Positions 26,667 through 38,707 of a stretch of DNA of 64,000 bases are shown here, in pieces. The notes under the pieces are model-generated. The model made no database searches. It was not told where the DNA came from and saw only the letters and a list, made by a program, of their open reading frames with translations. The DNA is taken from contig OZ024743.1 in the NCBI GenBank assembly GCA_964016885.1, positions 242,172,001 through 242,236,000 of the forward strand, given 5' to 3'. Position 1 is the first letter of the stretch; every line of letters starts with the position of its first letter. A program made the translations under genes and the position numbers. This stretch comes from Eledone cirrhosa. Taxonomy: Eukaryota.

Positions 26667-27515
26667 TAAAACTTTAACCCATCAGTGGTTGGCATCCTCT
26701 GGACTGAAATCGGAGACTGAAGGACTGATTATATCAGCACAAGATCAGTGTCTGCCAACAAAAAATTACCAAGCCAACATAATAAAAAATGGATGCAGCC
26801 CATTATGCCGTGTATGCAAAAAACAACCAGAGACCATTGACTATATAATTTCAATGTGCAGTCCTATAGCTCCAACCGAATACCTAAACAGGCATGACAG
26901 AGCTGCACAATACATACATTGGATAATGTGTAAGCATTTTGACCTGCCCCATCAAAAGAATTGGTGGGAGCATCAACCACCTCCCATACTTGAAAAAGAT
27001 CACATCTCAATCTTGTGGAACTTTAGCATCCAAACAGACCGAAAAATAGATGCAAATAGACCTGATATAATATTGAAGGATTTTAAAAAGAGGGTATGCC
27101 TTTTAATTGATATGTCTGTTCCAATAGACAAGAATGTATCTATAAAAACATTTGAAAAATTGAGCAAGTATAAGGACCTGGAGATAGAAATTGTAAAAAT
27201 ATGGAAATTGAGAACTAAAACAATACCAGTGGTTGTAGGCGCTCTGGGAATGATACATAAGGGGTCTAGTGATTACTTATCGCAAATCCCAGGAAACCCG
27301 CGTATAGGAGAAATACAAAAGATAGTACTAATGGGAACTGCCCATATACTAAGGAAGATTCTGTCAATATAAGTACATCACAAGTCTAAACACTAAAGAT
27401 ACATGTGTGAGTATGTATGTTCTTTCTTGAACATGGCGGACCTTGTTGTCTCTTGAGGTCACTGGTTGTGACTTGGTGATAACTCGTATGAACATAAAGC
27501 AAGATAAATGCAACT

Positions 27516-27516
<1 letters not shown>
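26667..27516 (+). mobile_element. Dong/R4 family A, shorter 5'-truncated copy (CCHC + RLE)
   Basis: ORF 26689-27372, same 3' UTR, (TAA)n tail. Confidence 0.93.
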
Positions 27517-27567
<51 letters not shown>

Positions 27568-27569
<2 letters not shown>

Positions 27570-28837
27570 CTTTCTTTATTAACCACAAGGGTTTACATAA
27601 AGTAGACATTAAGGACAGTACAGGACAATACAGGACGGTACAAATGGGCATTTCTGCGTGTAAAAAAAACAGAGGATGTAATAAAAAAAATAACAATGAA
27701 AAATTCCCCAATAGGGGGGAGACTTCCGAGGGACATTTGTGGAGAAAGCCCATTAAAAGGCCACAGTGACCCTGACCACCAGGGCAAGTGCCCTCTCCCA
27801 GTTTTCCACCTTTAATTTACAGATACATACTCAGAGTAGGCCCATTCACTCGGGCCTTATTTGCTTCTCTCACCCATCTTTCAACAAAATGCTGGGAAGA
27901 GAGCACTTCCCTCTCTACCCTGATTTTCCTTTTAAAATGAAATTTGAAAAAGTTAATCAGGGCATCACTGAAGAGGTAAGTGCTCGTCTTTAGCCCTTTC
28001 AAACGTGTCCACCATACTATCTGTTTCGCCATGGCCACCAGACAGATAAAAACTGCCTGCCCTTCCCGGCTAATGGAAGAGGGCGGGGCAATCCTCACGA
28101 TGGACTCAGCTGATAGCTGGATCCGTCCTACACGTGACAGTAGGTGTTCGACATAAACCCACAAGTCAGCAATGCTCGGACACTGGACGAGTGCGTGCAG
28201 GACGGTTTCGTCGCCCTGCGCGCATCTCGGACATGCCCGGCTGACGGCACCTCCATGCCTGTAGAGTTTATCCCGAACTGGCAAAGCTCCTCGGTAGCAC
28301 TGCCAGTCCAGGGATTTCTGGAAGTTGTCCATAGGCCCTGGCCCGAAAGTCCTTCCGAAGAGATTGCTAGTTGATTTTCGTCGACGCCTAGAGTTTCTCC
28401 AAGTACGTCGTCGCTCTTCCCCTCCACTAATCCTCTATAGAACGCCAAGGTGGAGTTTCCACCGATCACATTGCCCGATTGGTCTAGGGCTGTGAGCGCC
28501 TGAAGACATTCCAGTCTCCAAGCGCTCCCTCTCGGTCTTCGCTTGACCCAGGACTGCAGCTCCGTCAAGGAGACGAGCTGGGGAAAGAGGTGTCTAGAAA
28601 ACGGCGACCACACCTGATCACCGTCGAGGAAGAGGTGGAGATGTCGTAGCCTGAGCGCGTGTCTGCGCATCATCAGCCACGGCATGCCCAGCCCTTCACG
28701 TAGCGGGTGTTGACAGCAGATGGACCGCCTGACCATCGGAGCGCGTCCCTTCCACAAAAAGCGAAAGAGCAAACGCTCCAGCGCAGTCAGGCGGGGCTTA
28801 GGACAAGGTACGACGGTCAGGCGGTAGTAGATGACGG

Positions 28838-28842
<5 letters not shown>
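27568..28842 (-). mobile_element. Tx1/L1-like LINE, 5'-truncated
   Basis: YRLTVVP, FRFLWKG..V.R, GLGMP, CPRC..DETVLHALVQC; bounded by (TAA)n on both sides. Confidence 0.87.
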
Positions 28843-28872
<30 letters not shown>

Positions 28873-28875
<3 letters not shown>

Positions 28876-29059
28876 TGTTTCTACTTTAGGCACAAGGCCA
28901 GCAATTACCCAGTGCATTACTGGTACTTTATTTTATCGACCCCGTAAGGATGAAAGGCAAAGTCAACCTCGGCGGGATTTGAACTCAGATCGTAAAGGGA
29001 CGTAACTATACTGGAAAGCATGGCGTCCGACTCTCTACCGATACTGCCAATCCACCGCC

Positions 29060-29060
<1 letters not shown>
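28873..29060 (-). mobile_element. SINE, full length
   Basis: Head GGCGGTGGATTGGCAGTATCGGTAGAG (A-box-like), GAGTTCAAATCCC (B-box), conserved core, (TTA)n tail; sits inside (TAA)n. Confidence 0.9.
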
Positions 29061-29090
<30 letters not shown>

Positions 29091-30221
29091 GTGGCTGCCT
29101 TTAAACTTTTGACCTGAACGTTGTTTACCGTTTCAAGGTCGAAAATTTCCATAATTTTCTTTTGGTGGGGAAGCGATTTTTTTTCGAAGATTTTAAAAAT
29201 AAATCTGAATATTCGGGCTTAGAGCCCGAATATTGAGAGGTATCCCTCTCTTTAAATCAAGATGTGTACCTTAAGTTTCGTTAATGACAAGAAAATACAA
29301 AAAAAAGACACTTTAAAACAGCTTAAAGCTACGAACCTTTTCCCCGCAGACTTGTCTGTCTTCACACATGTGCGGCCATAATAATAATAATAATAATAGG
29401 GAAGAAGACGCACGAGGTGGTAGAACGTCACGAAATTGCTCCCGTAAGTTTTTGATTTTTAACATATTTAAATCAATTGTGAAAGAACAATTCTTAGCAC
29501 AAATGTTGCATAAATGCACCGAATGAGGTCCCATAAAGTTTCGGATCCATATTATATTGTTGTATCGCTCAAATATTCAATTTTGTATTATATATTTTGT
29601 ATTCAAAAAAAGAAAATGGTTATAAATGGAACAAAACACCCTCTGTCTACACTATATAGAACAGCCAAATAGCAGCAATTTCAATTTCACCAACACCAGA
29701 AACTTGATACACTACCTATCCCATCACACTAAATATAACAGCCAGATAACGGCAATTTCACCAGCATCATAATAATAATTACTATTATTATTGTCTCAAA
29801 TTTTAAAAAATGTTTAATTCAAATTTTACGGGAATATGTCAACACAAAATATAATAAAAATATATATTAAACATACGAACACAAACTCATAGATACTATA
29901 TCAGTAATCACAACACCACCGCTGCCACCACCCCACCGCATCCATCATCGCCGCCACCACTCATTCAATGCTACCGACACTATTCCCCTGTTAACTTGAG
30001 AGAGAAAAGGGAAGGTGGCGGTATCACTAGACAAGAGAGAGGCTAGCAAAAGATATAAATAGATTGACTTGGTGACCTTGCCACCGGCCAAACGTCTACA
30101 TCAACAATTATGGGACTGCTGGCTCTCACCTTCCTCACCAACAATATAAAAAGCCCCGGCACCACCACCGACATAGCCAACAACAATAACAGCCAACTAC
30201 AACAAAAAGTATATTATATTA

Positions 30222-30275
30222 TTGTAATGCACTGGGTGATTGCTGGCCTTGTGCCTGGAGTGGAGACAATTATTA
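30222..30275 (+). mobile_element. SINE 3' fragment
   Basis: GTAATGCACTGGGTGATTGCTGGCCTTGTGCC..GACAATTATT. Confidence 0.65.
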
Positions 30276-30360
30276 ATAATTTCATTCTTAAGCCACGCAA
30301 TACTCACATTAAGGAACCACTCATAATAATAACAATTTAAAAAAAAAAAAAAAAAAAGAA

Positions 30361-33300
30361 AACCCCGTGACCAAGAAATACCGGGATGGCGGCCGGCGGG
30401 GAATAGCCATGTCTCTAGGGGAGAACGACCCCTCTAGTCTTGGTTGACACTCGTTCTAGAAGTGGTAACACGAAATGATTACCCCCTGGCGGATAAGGAT
30501 AAAACGCGACAAAATAAAGTAAATGTCTAATGATAAAATCTCATACCGGATCGGCCGTCACCCGGGTAAAAAAGGGCCGCGTCCCTCAGAGAGGAACCAG
30601 ACTGGGGTCGAAAAATCAGCTAATGGTTCAAACCTTCCCATCACTTCGGAGCTGGAGACCTCCCATAACCGGAATACTCCTACTGTTGGCCCTCCATGCT
30701 CACCACCAAGAAATCCAAAGAAAAAGAAAGAAAAATGGTCAAGGGAAGATAATAAAGAAGTCCTTGAGGCTTTCTACACTGCCATGTACTACCCATCAAA
30801 TGCATCAAATACAGAACAAACATATATCAACTGGAAAAAGAAACATCCCGAAAACAGAGGCTATATTGACAGTAACAAACTAGCCAATATACGAAGAAAT
30901 ATTGTAAGAAAAAAGTTACTAACTGATATAGAAATTGATCAGATCAAGCTAGTAGCACAAAGTCAGCGAAGGGAAAATGAAGCATGTGTCAGTGAAAACG
31001 AGGTAAACTGCAACACTTCGAATCCCAGGGTTGGGGCGGAATCACTGGCAACAGAACAAATTAAAGAAAGGAGCGAAAAAGTGGAGGGAGTGCATGCTCA
31101 GGATGAAACTCCAAATGAAAATAAGATCGTAAATGATAAAGAAATGAATGAGAATGAACTTGCCAACTTGAAGGATGAAATTATGATCGAATGGATGAAA
31201 ATGAAAGAATCTGACATGGGGCAACGAGACACCCTCCCGAAGATCCAGAACTCCAAACAGAACCAAAAGATAATACACAAGACTAACATAATTCTCAAAA
31301 ACATTATCATCACAAACAAACTAAACATTACTGACTTAAATCATCTCTATTATGCATCGGCTAAAGTCACCACTCACTTATGTGGAGTGCAGATGAAAAA
31401 ACAAAGGAATTCCCACAAGAAATCTACTTGGCAAGATAACATCAATCGCCAAATAAACCTTCTCCGATCTGACATAGAAATTTTAACAAACTATAAAGTA
31501 GGTGAACATGTTAAACAAACTAAACTTAGAAAATTGAAAAAAAAGTACAGTATAAGATCAACATGTGACATAGACATGCTGATAGAAACAATCAAGCAAA
31601 AAGTGTCGGCCAAAGCTGCTCGTATAAGGCGCTTTGAAAAACGATCTAGATTCTATAAGGACAATAATATGTTAAAAAACAACCAAAGAAATTTCTACAG
31701 AAAAATTGGTAAGTCAACAATAACTGCTAAATCAATACCACCCAAGGAGGAAGTGCAAGAATTCTGGGAAAAGATCTGGGCCGAAGAAAAAGTTCATAAC
31801 ATACATGCCCCATGGATAGACAGACAAATGAAAGAAACAGCTCACCTTGAAGAACAAACATGGGAAAATATAACAGTTGAACAGTTGCGCTTGGCTCTAA
31901 GAAAAACCAGCAAATGGAAATCCCCAGGAAAGGACAAAATACAAAACTTTTGGATAAATGCCTTCACAGAGTCTCATGAGCTGTTAGCCCAACTTTACAA
32001 TGAAATAGTTAAGGAGCCAGAAAAGATACCATCATGGCTAGTTAACGGCATTACATTCCTGCTACCGAAGAATGATGAGACAAACAATCCCAAAAATTAC
32101 AGACCGATAACCTGCTTGACCACAATGTATAAAATTTTAACATCAGTCCTAACTGAATACACATATGACCACCTGATAACAAATGACCTATTTCCCATTG
32201 AGCAGAAAGGGTGTAAACGAGGCTCATATGGTTGTAAGGGTCAGCTTCTGGTTAACAAAATGATACTGGAAGATTGTCATAATAGACACAAAAATCTATC
32301 GATTGCTTGGATAGATTATAAAAAAGCATTCGATAGTTTGCCACACAGTTGGATTGAAAAATGTTTAGAGATTTTCAAAATATCCCCCGTTGTCAGGAGG
32401 TTTTTGTCATTCAGTATGAAGACATGGAGAACGACACTCCTTTTGAATAGTGAAACAAAATCACTGGAAGCTGGAGAAGTTAATATTAATTGTGGAATTT
32501 TTCAGGGTGACTCTTTATCGCCGCTTTTATTCTGCATCGCACTTATACCATTAAGTAAAATGCTCAATGAAACAAAACATGGATATAGAGTCTATGACAA
32601 AACCATTAATCACCTTTTCTACATGGATGACCTGAAACTATTTGCAAAAAATGATGAACAATTGCAAGGGCTATTATCCACTGTGAAGCAGTTCAGTGAT
32701 GACATTAAAATGGAGTTTGGACTGGATAAATGCGCCAAAGCAACGTTCACCAGAGGAAAGCTGCTGAAGAGTTCAGACATTAATCTTGATCGGGGGAACG
32801 TGATAAGAGAGCTTGATCAAGAAAAAACTTACAAATATCTAGGTGTTTGTGAAGGAGACGGAATCAAGCACTCGACAATGAGGGAAAGGATAAGGAAGGA
32901 ATGTTACCGCAGAGTCAGAGCAATCTTAAGAACGGAATTGAATGCAAGGAATAGGATCGATGCCATAAACACGCTTGCCATACCAGTAGTAAACTACAGT
33001 TACAATGTCATCAACTGGTCAAGCACAGAGATCCGTAGGCTCGATACAAAAATCCGAAAATTCTTAACCATGCACAGAATGCATCACCCTAAGGCAGACA
33101 TAGATAGAATATATCTCCCTAGGAAAGAAGGAGGACGTGGGTTAATCCAGTTAGACATTGCGTTGAAAACTGCAACAATTGGATTATCCACATATCTAAG
33201 GGAATCACATGATTGGATGATCAAACTCGTTTTGAAACACGAAAGCACCAAAAGATCATATTCCATTACAAAAGATGCACAAAGATACAGTAATGGACTA

Positions 33301-34320
33301 CAAATTTCAGAAGTCCCATTTACTGCTGAAATGGAAAACACAGAAAAAGCAAAGCAGGTAAAAGTAACTGCAAAGAAAGAACTGCTACAGAAACTGGCTA
33401 AGAAATGGCAAGAAAAGCCTCTGTATGGAAAATACCCAGAGCGAGCTAACAATCCTGATGTTGACAAAACTTTAACCCATCAGTGGTTGGCATCCTCTGG
33501 ACTAAAATCGGAGACTGAAGGACTGATTATATCGGTACAAGATCAGTGTCTGCCAACAAAAAATTACCAAGCCAACATAATAAAAAATGGGTGCAGCCCA
33601 TTATGCCGTGTATGCAAAAAACAACCAGAGACCATTGACCATATAATTTCAATGTGCAGTCCTATAGCTCCAACCGAATACCTAAACAGGCATGACAGAG
33701 CTGCACAATACATACATTGGATAATGTGTAAGCATTTTGACCTGCCCCATCAAAAGAATTGGTGGGAGCATCAACCACCTCCCATACTTGAAAAAGATCA
33801 CATCTCAATCTTGTGGAACTTTAGCATCCAAACAGACCGAAAAATAGATGCAAATAGACCTGATATAATATTGAAGGACTTTCAAAGGAGGGTATGCCTG
33901 CTAATTGATATGTCTGTTCCAATAGACAAGAATGTATCTATAAAAACATTTGAAAAATTGAGCAAGTATAAGGACCTGGAGATAGAAATTGAAAAAATGT
34001 GGAAATTGAGAACTAAAACAATACCAGTGGGAATGATACCTAAGGGGTCTAATGACTACTTATCGCAAATCCCAGGAAACCCGCGTATAGGAGAAATACA
34101 AAAGATAGTACTAATGGGAACTGCCCATATACTAAGGAAGATCCTGTCAATATAAGTACATCACAAGTCTAAACACTAAGGATGCATGTGTGAATATGTA
34201 TGTTCTTTCTTGAACATGGCGGACCTTGTTGTCTCTTGAGGTCACTGGTTGTGACTTGGTGATAACTCGTATGAACATAAAGCAAGATAAACGCAAATAA
34301 TAATAATAATAATAATAATA
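30361..34320 (+). mobile_element. Dong/R4 family A, apparently full-length RLE LINE
   Basis: 5' UTR of about 160 nt, single ORF, 140-nt 3' UTR, (TAA)n tail. Confidence 0.93.
30523..34155 (+). CDS. RT + CCHC zinc knuckle + restriction-like endonuclease polyprotein (1210 aa)
   Basis: [85 protein letters not shown]. Confidence 0.95.
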   Translation: MSNDKISYRIGRHPGKKGPRPSERNQTGVEKSANGSNLPITSELETSHNRNTPTVGPPCSPPRNPKKKKEKWSREDNKEVLEAFYTAMYYPSNASNTEQTYINWKKKHPENRGYIDSNKLANIRRNIVRKKLLTDIEIDQIKLVAQSQRRENEACVSENEVNCNTSNPRVGAESLATEQIKERSEKVEGVHAQDETPNENKIVNDKEMNENELANLKDEIMIEWMKMKESDMGQRDTLPKIQNSKQNQKIIHKTNIILKNIIITNKLNITDLNHLYYASAKVTTHLCGVQMKKQRNSHKKSTWQDNINRQINLLRSDIEILTNYKVGEHVKQTKLRKLKKKYSIRSTCDIDMLIETIKQKVSAKAARIRRFEKRSRFYKDNNMLKNNQRNFYRKIGKSTITAKSIPPKEEVQEFWEKIWAEEKVHNIHAPWIDRQMKETAHLEEQTWENITVEQLRLALRKTSKWKSPGKDKIQNFWINAFTESHELLAQLYNEIVKEPEKIPSWLVNGITFLLPKNDETNNPKNYRPITCLTTMYKILTSVLTEYTYDHLITNDLFPIEQKGCKRGSYGCKGQLLVNKMILEDCHNRHKNLSIAWIDYKKAFDSLPHSWIEKCLEIFKISPVVRRFLSFSMKTWRTTLLLNSETKSLEAGEVNINCGIFQGDSLSPLLFCIALIPLSKMLNETKHGYRVYDKTINHLFYMDDLKLFAKNDEQLQGLLSTVKQFSDDIKMEFGLDKCAKATFTRGKLLKSSDINLDRGNVIRELDQEKTYKYLGVCEGDGIKHSTMRERIRKECYRRVRAILRTELNARNRIDAINTLAIPVVNYSYNVINWSSTEIRRLDTKIRKFLTMHRMHHPKADIDRIYLPRKEGGRGLIQLDIALKTATIGLSTYLRESHDWMIKLVLKHESTKRSYSITKDAQRYSNGLQISEVPFTAEMENTEKAKQVKVTAKKELLQKLAKKWQEKPLYGKYPERANNPDVDKTLTHQWLASSGLKSETEGLIISVQDQCLPTKNYQANIIKNGCSPLCRVCKKQPETIDHIISMCSPIAPTEYLNRHDRAAQYIHWIMCKHFDLPHQKNWWEHQPPPILEKDHISILWNFSIQTDRKIDANRPDIILKDFQRRVCLLIDMSVPIDKNVSIKTFEKLSKYKDLEIEIEKMWKLRTKTIPVGMIPKGSNDYLSQIPGNPRIGEIQKIVLMGTAHILRKILSI

Positions 34321-34673
34321 GTTATACTTTTATATATAATATATATATATGATATATATATATAATTATAAATAAGATACGGGTAATATTGTGTATTATC
34401 CGATTACCCACAAGATTATTAGCTCAATGTAAAATATCAGATATACTACAGAGCAGAAATAATACTTCACAACTATAGATGTTACCATTTTTTACATAAA
34501 CTTTATGACTAACATTTTAAAACGTTTCACCTAAATCTTTTCGCCTATAACTAATATATCTTATAATACTTATAACATATAACACCTATATGTATACTCT
34601 CACTACACAATTGTCTTACATTTATTGCATATTCTCTGCTATTATTTATATTCTTGCTATAATGTTTAATAAT

Positions 34674-35795
34674 ACTAGCAGAATGGCCCGGCATTGCTCA
34701 GATTTTGCTCTGGGGTTCTCATATATTTGGTATATATTTATCTTTATCGAGCCTCGTGAAATAAATACGTCTGCTTATATTTTGTTATTGTGTATGCAAA
34801 AATATCTGTACACGAATATATAATTATATATATATATATATACAAATATAAATTAGCGGGAATCGTATTTCGGCTTTGCAATTAGCGAAAAACTACTTCC
34901 GAGATGTGTGGCAAGCGCTCAATAACTCTGACGAACCAGAGCTACAACAAACGTTAAAGGCCAAACACACTGAGACGATGGTTAAACCGTCATCCGCACA
35001 GACATAGAAACGACCAAGTAATTCGGGGCAAACAAATAAAAAAATATGTGATTGAAAAAATTTACCCCGACCCCTGGATGGTTGGTAAAATCCAGCATTT
35101 GGGTTTCTGCGACTCCTAAATCAAGTACTGTCCGCTTAGACAAATAATGTTAGGCTTCTGGTAAGATGATTGAACAAGGAAGTCACTTTCTCAACAGGTT
35201 TTAGTTCAAGTGCCTGGGCAAGGAATGACCGTTACCGATATCCACGTGGGGTTCGACAAAGGGGGAAACCCTTATTTTTGGCGGATGAAATTCAGTATGT
35301 GTATATTATTGCAAAAATGCAAAATATCACAAAACAAATTAAGCTCTCAACAGAATGGTTATAAGTTAACAAAAGCTATTCATCACTCAATAGAATCAAC
35401 TAAAAAAACAAAGAAAATTAACTGGTCAATAGCTAGACTCAGGAGATTAATACAAATATAAATTAGCGAGAATCGTATTTCGGCTTTGGAATTAGCATAA
35501 AACAACTTCCGAGATGTGTGGCAAGCGCTCAATAACTCTGACGAACCAGAGATACAACATACGTTAAAGGCCAAACACACTGAGACGATGGTTAAACCGT
35601 CATCCGCACAACCATAGAAACGACCAAGTAATTCGGGTCAAACAAATAGAAAAATATGTGATATATATATATATATATTAAAATAACAGATTAAAGTTTA
35701 AGCAAAGAATCGCTGCTTTCACCCTTAACGGGATCTTCTGAAAGTAAAACAATCAATCTGTGAACGCAGAAGTAAATATTTCGAAAAACGTTACA

Positions 35796-35863
<68 letters not shown>

Positions 35864-36182
35864 TATATATACATATATACACACACAAACATATAGCGTC
35901 ATAAAGTCGTAATGCAGACAGCCAGACATACAGACAGATATTATAAGGGCGCAACGTTATATTTATGTATCTATCTAAAAAGAGAGACTTAGAATTATAG
36001 AGAGACATCGCTAAATCGCCTAATGCCGTCCCTAGAGCATTGAAAATTTGAAATATTTTTTGCTCAAAACACTCACAGGACCATAAGTATTACATGTGTA
36101 AAGTTTGAAAACAATCCGTTGCGTGATTCTCATTTTAGGGAGTCAGACAGACAGACATTCTCTGTTTTAGATATATATAGAT
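34674..36182 (-). mobile_element. Non-autonomous Helitron-like element with nested insertions
   Basis: Minus-strand 5' end ATCTATATATATCTAAAACAGAGAATGTCTGTCTGTC; minus-strand 3' end GAGCAATGCCGGGCCATTCTGCTAG-T at 34674. That these two ends belong to one element is inferred. Confidence 0.6.
34841..35662. mobile_element. Small element with 212-bp direct terminal repeats (34841-35052, 35451-35662)
   Basis: Two highly similar repeats 610 bp apart, bounded by (TA)n. Confidence 0.7.
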
Positions 36183-36192
36183 ACACATGCCA

Positions 36193-36234
36193 ATCTATGT
36201 TGAGAATCCCGAGCAACGCTGGGCCATCTGCTAG
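36193..36234 (+). mobile_element. Helitron-like 3' terminus (hairpin + CTAG)
   Basis: CCCGAGCAACGCTGGG hairpin followed by CCATCTGCTAG-T. Confidence 0.55.
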
Positions 36235-36248
36235 TATATATATATATA

Positions 36249-36597
36249 TTATGTATAGAAATTTCGTATTTCTAAATAAATACGCTTTTAGGGAGCCGTA
36301 GCTATGCAAACACCGGGGCGGGGGCTAACGCCCTCTGGTGGTGTCCAGCAGAAGCAAGGGGGACAACCGTCTATGCATTTCAGGCTTGACTGGCCTTCGT
36401 CGGGATGGTCCCTCCCACCGCTTGCTACAGTAGCAATGCATAGACGGTTGTCCCACTGTTTCTGCTGGACACCACCAGAGGCCGTTAGCCGCCCCCCCCC
36501 CCGGTGTTTTCATAGCTACGGCTTCCTAAAACACTATACAATATGTATAGAAATTACGTATTTCTAAAGAAATACGAAAATTCTATACATATTGTAT
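36249..36597. mobile_element. Foldback / MITE with nested inverted repeats
   Basis: Inner imperfect IR of about 95 bp (TTTTAGGGAGCCGTAGCTATG...ATGCAT / ATGCAT...CATAGCTACGGCTTCCTAAAA) plus outer TATGTATAGAAATTTCGTATTTCT repeats. Confidence 0.7.
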
Positions 36598-36661
36598 AAA
36601 GCTATGCTTGATGCGAAATCTTATTCCTTATTACTCACTATCATTTTACTCGCTATGATTG

Positions 36662-36703
<42 letters not shown>

Positions 36704-36704
36704 C

Positions 36705-36791
<87 letters not shown>

Positions 36792-36822
36792 TACACAAGT
36801 ATCAAAGTTATGTTCAAATCAT

Positions 36823-36877
36823 TTAATCGCTGACAATTGTTTCTTCCAAACTTTAGTTTGGGTTCATCGGAGCATTA
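36823..36877 (-). ncRNA. Hammerhead-like motif (U4C) in a probable PLE pLTR remnant
   Basis: TAATGCT-CCGATGA-AC-CCAAAC-TAAA-GTTTGG-AA-GAAAC-AATT-GTC-AGCGATTA; stem I pairs with one bulge; stem III region is the palindrome ACAATTGT. Confidence 0.55.
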
Positions 36878-37484
36878 TCAATGTTTGTACATATAATTAA
36901 CCTCCTATTCAACTGAAGAATCATATAGATACATATATATTGATGGTGTGAACAACAGTTTAGTATATATATGGTGTAATGGATGCGACATATATTATAC
37001 GAGAATTGTACAATAATTCAAATTAAGATTAAAATTAAAATTAAAATTAAAATTAAAAGCACAGAGTGGAATACATGCGACAGATAATACAAGAGAATAG
37101 TCTAATAATTAAATAGGCATTGAGAAAGAAGTATATATTCAAGCGTGTAGAGATTGTACATGCGTTAGTCATATATATGGGAAGGAAACAAGCAAATGTA
37201 TTAGGCATATATAAGTACTGTATGGCAAGGTATTATATAAAATACAAGCACTTTAAGCGAATATGTTAGTGTATTATGGAGGATGTAAAGCGATGATAGT
37301 TTCTGTATAGTTCAAATTTGTATGTGTGTAGAATATGAAAGTTACTGATTTCCCATCCATTACATATGTTAAGTTATATTTTTCATATGATAAATTCTAG
37401 CCCTGTAGACCGTTTTCTATATATATATAATAACGATGCCGATACTTTACCTTTATTAACGATGGTTACTCCAGACACAACTCG

Positions 37485-37559
<75 letters not shown>

Positions 37560-37563
37560 ATAT

Positions 37564-37650
<87 letters not shown>

Positions 37651-37970
37651 ATGTCCATCTAAAGATATGCATCGTACACTTACCTATATTTATTACATGT
37701 ACGTAAACTACCTTCAACAGCTATCTATGATATCCAATATCTGTGTGAGGAGGTGGGTATGAGTACGTGTACACAGCCGCCATTAAATTAAAAGCTTATC
37801 GTAACGGGAAGCGCAAACATTGACACACATACAAACGCATTCACTTAAGCACACATAAACATACAACCATACACACACATTGTTATATACATCCATAGGA
37901 CCACACACACACATACAGATATAGATACACCCATCTATTCTTACATTAGTAGAGGTATCTATATAAGTAC

Positions 37971-38024
<54 letters not shown>

Positions 38025-38078
38025 GTATACGTATACAGTATATACTTACACACACACACCACCACACGTATATACATA

Positions 38079-38155
<77 letters not shown>

Positions 38156-38512
38156 AATATATATATTAATATATATAATATGTATGTATTATATGTCTCT
38201 ATATGCATATATACACATAGTAATTCATATATATATATGTGTGTGTATATATATACACACACACACATATATATATATATGCATACATCCATACATACAT
38301 TAACATGAATATATATGTTTATCTTCATAAGTGTTTTCATATATGAGTTATATTTTTACATAACTAGACAAATATATGTGTATATATACATAAATGTATC
38401 TATATATATTTATATATGCCTGTGTGCATATAATCATCCATCCATATATATGTATATATATTTGTCTGTGGGTATGTGTGTAGGTAGATATAATATATAT
38501 ATATATATATAT

Positions 38513-38707
38513 ATAGGAACCAGTAAGACCCCGACAGCTGAGCTCAAGCCGTTTCGACGGCTAATTCTGGAGTCCAGAATTAGCCGTCGAAACGGCTTGA
38601 GCTCAGCTGTCGGGGTCTTACTGGTTCCTATTACCCACTCTACTACCTCAAGTATTGAGTACTTTGGTGCGTTATGGTCCACCTGGTTCCTTACCACATT
38701 TCCTTCG

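Noticed and set aside
28960-29060. tRNA gene (A-box and B-box-like sequence)
   Set aside because: No cloverleaf; it is the head of a multi-copy SINE.
29208-29235. Hairpin AATATTCGGGCT-TAG-AGCCCGAATATT
   Set aside because: Short and isolated; no family or function can be supported.
34674-36234. ACTAGCAG...CTGCTAGT read as TIRs of one cut-and-paste transposon
   Set aside because: Better explained as two Helitron-type 3' ends (hairpin + CTAG) in opposite orientation, each with an ATCTAT-type start; not fully excluded.
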